DNA from: Octopus bimaculoides
Taxonomy: Eukaryota
Direction of reading: 5' to 3'
Assembly (NCBI RefSeq): GCF_001194135.2
Contig: NC_069000.1
Location: 33,230,104 to 33,266,507 of the forward strand
DNA length: 36,404 nucleotides
The position numbers and the translations under genes were made by a program. This document shows positions 33,782 to 36,404 of this stretch, piece by piece. Position 1 is the stretch's first letter; each line of letters opens with the position of its first letter. A model generated the notes under the pieces. The model searched no databases. It was not told the origin of the DNA and saw nothing but the letters and a program-made list of their open reading frames with translations.

Positions 33782-34061
33782 GAGTGAGAGAGCAGTGCAT
33801 GCCATCAAAGTGACACTGGGGTAAAATATACGAAGCCCAATATACCCATCATGACTACCCGTCTGATAAGGGTACACCAGGCACATGCATCACAACCATA
33901 TGTGCGCGACATGGTGATCTCATATCAAGCTAAACAGCACATGACCTCGCAGGTGGGGCCCAGTTAGAATTTTCTTCAGGTCGTGTAGCCCATCCCGCTC
34001 AAAAGGTCCCTGAATAAGGTTCGTTTAAGGATGTTGAGCAAAACACCCATGTTTCCAAAGG
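33782..34061 (-). mobile_element. Non-coding (AAT)n-tailed repeat family E, copy 1 (5' part in gap)
   Basis: Colinear with 34277-34555 with scattered substitutions; tail reads (AAT)n on the minus strand. Confidence 0.8.
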
Positions 34062-34226
34062 NNNNNNNNNNNNNNNNNNNNNNNNNNNNNNNNNNNNNNN
34101 NNNNNNNNNNNNNNNNNNNNNNNNNNNNNNNNNNNNNNNNNNNNNNNNNNNNNNNNNNNNNNNNNNNNNNNNNNNNNNNNNNNNNNNNNNNNNNNNNNNN
34201 NNNNNNNNNNNNNNNNNNNNNNNNNN

Positions 34227-34276
<50 letters not shown>

Positions 34277-34850
34277 GAGTGAGAGAGCAGTGCATGCCAT
34301 CAAAGTGACACTGGATTGCAAATAGACGAAACCCAATATACCCATCATGATTACTCGTCTGATAGGGGTACACCAGGCACATGCATCACAACCATATGTG
34401 CGTGACATGGTGGTCTAATATCAAATTAACCAGTGCATGACCTGGCAGATGGGCTCCAGTTAGAATTTTCTTCAAGTCAAGTAGCCCATCCCGCTCAAAA
34501 GGTCACTGAATAAGGGTTGTTCGAAGACGTTCAATAAAACACCCATGTTTCCAAAAGTGAATTATTCAAACCCCAAAGAATTCCTCTCAACACATGGCTA
34601 TGATGCTCCCCCACTACTTCTGCTAGTGATCAGAGATGCACCTATCGTCAGCCACCAAGGGACATGCTCAACTGGTTAAGGTCAAGCAACTGACAAGCAA
34701 ATCTGTGGTATTAAGCAGAATATTTTTTGCATCCCATCATTTACACCAAGACAAAACATGTAGAAGATAACACTTCCAATCAGTTAAGATCAAAAGCCAT
34801 GAGAGCCAGTGCCTGGTACGGCATCAGAGCATTTATTAGTAGGAGAATTG
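34277..34850 (-). mobile_element. Non-coding (AAT)n-tailed repeat family E, copy 2 (about 570 bp; 5' boundary approximate)
   Basis: As above; bounded by (TTA)n at 34227-34276 and by an (ATC/ATT/GTT) tract from about 34850. Confidence 0.75.
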
Positions 34851-34937
34851 TCATCATCATAATCATTATCATTATCGTTGTTTTAATGATTTTATTGATA
34901 TTATCATTACTATTGTTGTTGTTGTTGCTGCTGCTGC

Positions 34938-34980
<43 letters not shown>

Positions 34981-35002
34981 GCTGTTGTTGTTGTTGTTGT
35001 TT
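34851..35002. repeat. (ATC/ATT/GTT)n trinucleotide tract
   Basis: Read directly. Confidence 0.9.
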
Positions 35003-35366
35003 AAGAGGAATTCAACACATGCGCATACTTTTACATATAAAGTAAGCTATCTGAAAATCACAGCATAAATGTTTACTAGAATCTTGAATTTGATACAAAT
35101 ACACTGCGGTGGGGAGATCTGTTTGAAATATACTCTGAAGATATGAGAGTTTCAAGTTAGAGTATGTTTGCCGGTCCATTCATTCAAACAGGCCACCCAA
35201 CTGTCTCTCCGTCTACCTGCATAAATGGGTGTATGCATATGCAATTGTGTGTTTGTGTTTGTCCAGAGGATCGAGTGGCATATATCATATCAATATGTCA
35301 ATCAGTGTGTCTGAGTACAATGTACAAAGCTCTCCCTTTCTCCATATCAACGCCATCCCTACTTTC

Positions 35367-35403
<37 letters not shown>

Positions 35404-35438
35404 GGGTATATAATAAATACCTACATGCATATATATAA

Positions 35439-35479
<41 letters not shown>

Positions 35480-36315
35480 NNNNNNNNNNNNNNATATATA
35501 AGTATACATGAACCATTCATTTCCATACGTGTATACATATATTATGCGAAATACCCTTCGGTGAAATAGAACAAATTTAACTAATGCTTCAAAAAGTTAT
35601 GTATATATTCGTGTTCGCTTGCGTACGCGTGTATGTGTCTATGTGAGTAAGCGTATATCTACGCACGCACACACAGAAAAATATGGTCAAAAGCGGAAAT
35701 TCGCATAATTCGTGTGTGTGAGAGAGAGAGAGAGTGAGAGCGCGTGTGTGAGTGTTTGCATAAAAAAAAATACGCAAACATGTACACCCCTTCGTAATAC
35801 CTTGTGCAGAAGTCATGTTGATAGCTATCAGTTAATGTTAAGTGGTTTGCCGACAGTGCAGCATTGAATTTTAAACGTACCACTAATATATGATCGACCA
35901 AAATGCCGTCCATTTTAAACTGTCTCATCTATAGCCGAAACACGGAGAGAGAAAAAGAAGGAAAGAAAGGGAAAAGAAGGGAGAAAATGGCGTCCATTTC
36001 AGAGTGCTGTAGGGCGAAAATGGCTTGGCGTCAATTTTTAAAAGACTAATTGATTACAAACAGAACATGAGTCGGTTTAGTGGTGATAGTAGTGGAGATT
36101 AGGTATGTGATAAAGTGTATGTTTAAGTATACGTTTCTAACACTTTCTCTAATACCCTGCCACTCTCTTGCTGCATACATACACACAACATCTAAGTAAA
36201 TATATAAATCTGTATATTAATTTACTCACTGATATATATGGAATGTCAGTGTGTATACATGCACCTGTATATGTATATATGCTTGTGTATAAGCGTTTGT
36301 ATACGTATATGTCTA

Positions 36316-36404
<89 letters not shown>
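36316..36404. repeat. (CT)n(AT)n microsatellite
   Basis: Read directly. Confidence 0.95.

Overview
AT-rich, gap-riddled, microsatellite-dense eukaryotic DNA. The repeat types and gapped assembly suggest an octopus or other cephalopod genome (inference). I find no host protein-coding gene I can support: the long ORFs in the track are microsatellite or N-gap artefacts, and every recognisable protein motif belongs to a decayed transposon. Contents: many tRNA-derived SINE copies of three main families (A, B, C), often nested, plus isolated heads of others; two L1/Tx1-like ORF2 relics; a HERO-like restriction-like-endonuclease (RLE) LINE 3' end; a mariner-type transposase relic carrying a new perfect 15-bp minisatellite; two copies of a fold-back MITE with 8-bp TSDs and internal TTAGGG repeats; several hammerhead-ribozyme-like motifs, probably Penelope-related; and a 4.6-kb stack of co-oriented R4/Dong-type LINE 3' ends, most with their own (AAT)n tail, plus a non-coding (AAT)n-tailed element. 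The most notable signals are the (AAT)n-centred retroelement pile-up, a 47-bp piece of Dong coding sequence pasted inside a SINE, the fold-back MITE with co-varying termini, and the hammerhead relics. Family names come from recalled motif knowledge, not database searches.
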